A stretch of 63,944 nucleotides of DNA, the filler included, from Ministeria vibrans ATCC 50519 (Eukaryota; Protista; Filasterea): the NCBI GenBank assembly GCA_943704425.1. It is 5 parts of 5 records of this genome, joined end to end, with 100 filler letters (N's around TTAATTAATTAA, not from the genome) between each part and the next. Parts side by side here need not be neighbours in the genome. Positions count along the whole stretch, not along the records: positions 61,889 to 63,944 come from CALSCP010001217.1; 4 more parts are not named here. One strand, written 5' to 3'. Shown here piece after piece: positions 61,945 to 63,944 of this stretch. Positions within the stretch are counted from its first letter, which is position 1; each line of letters begins with the position of its first letter. A model generated the notes under the pieces. That model was not told the origin of the DNA, did not search any database, and saw only the letters and a program-made list of their open reading frames with translations. The position numbers and the translations under genes are program-made.

Positions 61945-62704
61945 CGACGAAGGAGGAAGTTCAAGCAAGAAGCGAAAGCGCGAGTCAAAACCAAAGGCAA
62001 CGTCAAAGGGAAAGGGAACGGTATCAAGAGAGTATACATTAACTTTGCGCGCGCGTGTGTGTGTTTGTGTATGTGTGTGTGTGACAGAGTTGTTTTTCGA
62101 TTAGAAGAAGAAGAAGAAGAAGGACCCAAATGCGCCCAAACGACCCGCAAACGCGTACTTTTTGTGGACCAACGCAAACCGCGATCAGTAACAACATCTT
62201 GACACTTGGACGCACAGACCAATGACTCATTTTATCACGTTTTTGTTTGCGCAGGTTTCGCAAAGAGTACCCTGATCTTAAGATGACAGATTTTGGTAGG
62301 AAATTGGGAGAACTTTGGAACCAAATGTCAGCAACGGATAAAGAGGTACCAAAATATGTTCCGTGTTGCCTCATTGCCTGACACAATTCCTTTTTCTCTC
62401 TCTCTCTCTTTCCCTGTGTCTCTCTTGCTGTCTGTAGCCTTGGACGGAGAAGGCGACTGCCGACAAGGCGCGGTACCAGGCTGAGTTGGCCGAGTACGAG
62501 AAGAACAAGCCCCCATCGTCGTCCGAGTCGAGCGACGACAGTGACTCGGACGGCAGTGGCGGCGAGGGCGGCAAGGCACCGCCGAAGAAGCGTGTGCGCA
62601 AGGCCGGAGCGAGTGCGTCCAAGAAGACCTCTTCCAAGATCAAGTCCAGCGAGTATGTTTCGTCGAGTTCGTCATCGGGCGATGACGACAATGACGATGA
62701 GTAA
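61945..62704 (+). CDS. SSRP1: HMG-box protein 3' end, most likely FACT subunit SSRP1
   Basis: KKKKKDPNAPKRPANAYFLW...|FRKEYPDLKMTDFGRKLGELWNQMS...|PWTEKATADKARY. The tail KSSEYVSSSSSS resembles the SSRP1 C-terminal KSKEFVSSDESS motif. Confidence 0.72.
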
Positions 62705-62774
62705 AACGATGGTAGAGACGAGATACAGAACTTGGGAACACAGAAAGAGAAAACGAACAAGAATGCGATGTGTA

Positions 62775-63622
62775 TTAATGAAAGACAGGGCAGTTCTCAA
62801 AGGCCTCGGCAAGGACCATGACACCGCGAGTGCCCTCAGCGGGTCTGATCCAGGCACGATGGTTCACCGGATCGTAGTAGACGCCGCCCTGAGGAGCACG
62901 CTGAAGCAGAGCGCGCGAAGGGTGGTGGTCAAGACGGACGGGGATCGAGGGGAGAGTGTTGTAGACGCGCGAGGGATTGAAGCTGCAGATGTTTTGAAGG
63001 AGAAGCTGGACACGAAGGGTGGGGTGTGCAGTGACTGTAAAGGAGAGTGCGCCTGTGGCGGAGGCGTGGTACGAAAGCTCCAGACCGCCTTGGCCCTTGT
63101 ACTCGCGGATGTGTGTGCGGTCGCCCTGCAGTGAAGGGCGGTCGAGAAGGATGGTGAGAGCACCGTCGGAGAACGCGTCGCCGTGGTGCGGAGCGCCCGT
63201 GTTGGATGCAGTGACGTTCAAGGGAAGAAGGGCCCCCGAGCGATGGTAAACGGGAAAGTCGGTGAGGTTGGCAAAGGATATGTGCGCAGTGGTGCCACCG
63301 GTGTACGAGAGGGACGCATTGAACCACGAAACCCAGTTGCTGCCTGCGGGGAAGTCCACCTTGACAATGTCTGTCTTGTTGTCGACAATTGGCGTCACCA
63401 GAATGTCGCGGCCCAGCAGGTAGGCGTACGTCGCCGGCTCAAAAAGATCCACGAGTCGGTCAATGTAGCTTTCATGCTTGGCCAAGGGAGTAAGCGACGA
63501 GCGGTTGTTCTCAAGCGCATCACTACCCGTCGTCAGCAGATATGGCACCAGTTGGTAGTGAATGTTGACGTAAAGACGGTAAATGTCCGTCACGGGTGCA
63601 GGGTACATCCAAGGACGGTGTT
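62775..63622 (-). CDS. Glycoside hydrolase family 31, last exon only
   Basis: EHRPWMY...IYRLYVNIHYQLVPYL, YLLGRDILVTPIV, VDFPAGSNWVSW, FPVYHRSGALLPL. Confidence 0.82.
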
Positions 63623-63782
63623 CTACGCGACACAATCAGTACCATACTTTTGCTTCTATAGTTGTTCTTTCTTCCCCCTCCTCCAGTTTCTCTCTCTCTA
63701 TCACTTTGTTTCTCTCTCTATCACTTTGTCTCTCTCTCTATCACTTTGTCTCTCTCTCTCTATCATTTTGTTTCTTTCGTCC

Positions 63783-63816
<34 letters not shown>

Positions 63817-63835
<19 letters not shown>

Positions 63836-63944
63836 TGTGTCTCTCTTGCTGTCTGTAGCCTTGGACGGAGCAGGCGACTGCCGACAAGGCGCGGTACCAG
63901 GCTGAGTTGGCCGAGTACGAGAAGAACAAGCCCCCATCGTCGTC
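63817..63944 (+). repeat. Near-identical second copy of the HMG-gene intron end and last-exon start (62396-62523)
   Basis: Offset 1421 nt. One difference seen: A62450 vs C63871 (AAG to CAG). Confidence 0.9.

Overview
Gene-dense, intron-rich eukaryotic genomic DNA. Exons are GC-rich; introns are short GT-AG with (GA)n/(GT)n microsatellites; intergenic spacers are AT-rich with (TAA)n. Gene content (adhesion GPCR with Notch-like EGF repeats and a GPS motif, endophilin-B, DPW/NPF epsin, SMG1, HMG-bearing SSRP1) suggests a unicellular opisthokont, probably a holozoan (inference only). The window is five pieces joined by four artificial 100-nt N44-TTAATTAATTAA-N44 linkers. About 24 genes or gene fragments were reconstructed by reading splice sites by eye: ependymin-like secreted protein, RMI1, AK3, a large SH3-SAM-PH-CH scaffold, holocarboxylase synthetase, galactokinase (5' half), epsin, a C2H2 protein, a small TM protein, an HD hydrolase, OSBP (3' end), an unknown MG-start protein, an adhesion GPCR, an LRR-RING protein, endophilin-B, ArfGAP-PX, SMG1, ArgRS (3' end), SKI2, a 4CL-like ligase (3' end), AIM24, DCN1, CUL4, SSRP1 (3' end) and GH31 (3' end). 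Most notable: (1) an adhesion GPCR with an EGF / beta-propeller / EGF / expanded receptor-L / GAIN / 7TM architecture; (2) an LRR-RING ligase whose repeats vary mainly at three binding-face positions; (3) a Boi1-like scaffold whose CH domain is split by a 2.9-kb intron that holds two other genes; (4) a probable pseudo-ArfGAP fused to a PX domain; (5) a dispersed intronic TCTCTATCACTTTG repeat. Several truncated genes meet at microsatellites, and these junctions are most likely assembly misjoins. All domain calls come from motif recognition, not database searches, and exon boundaries are unverified.
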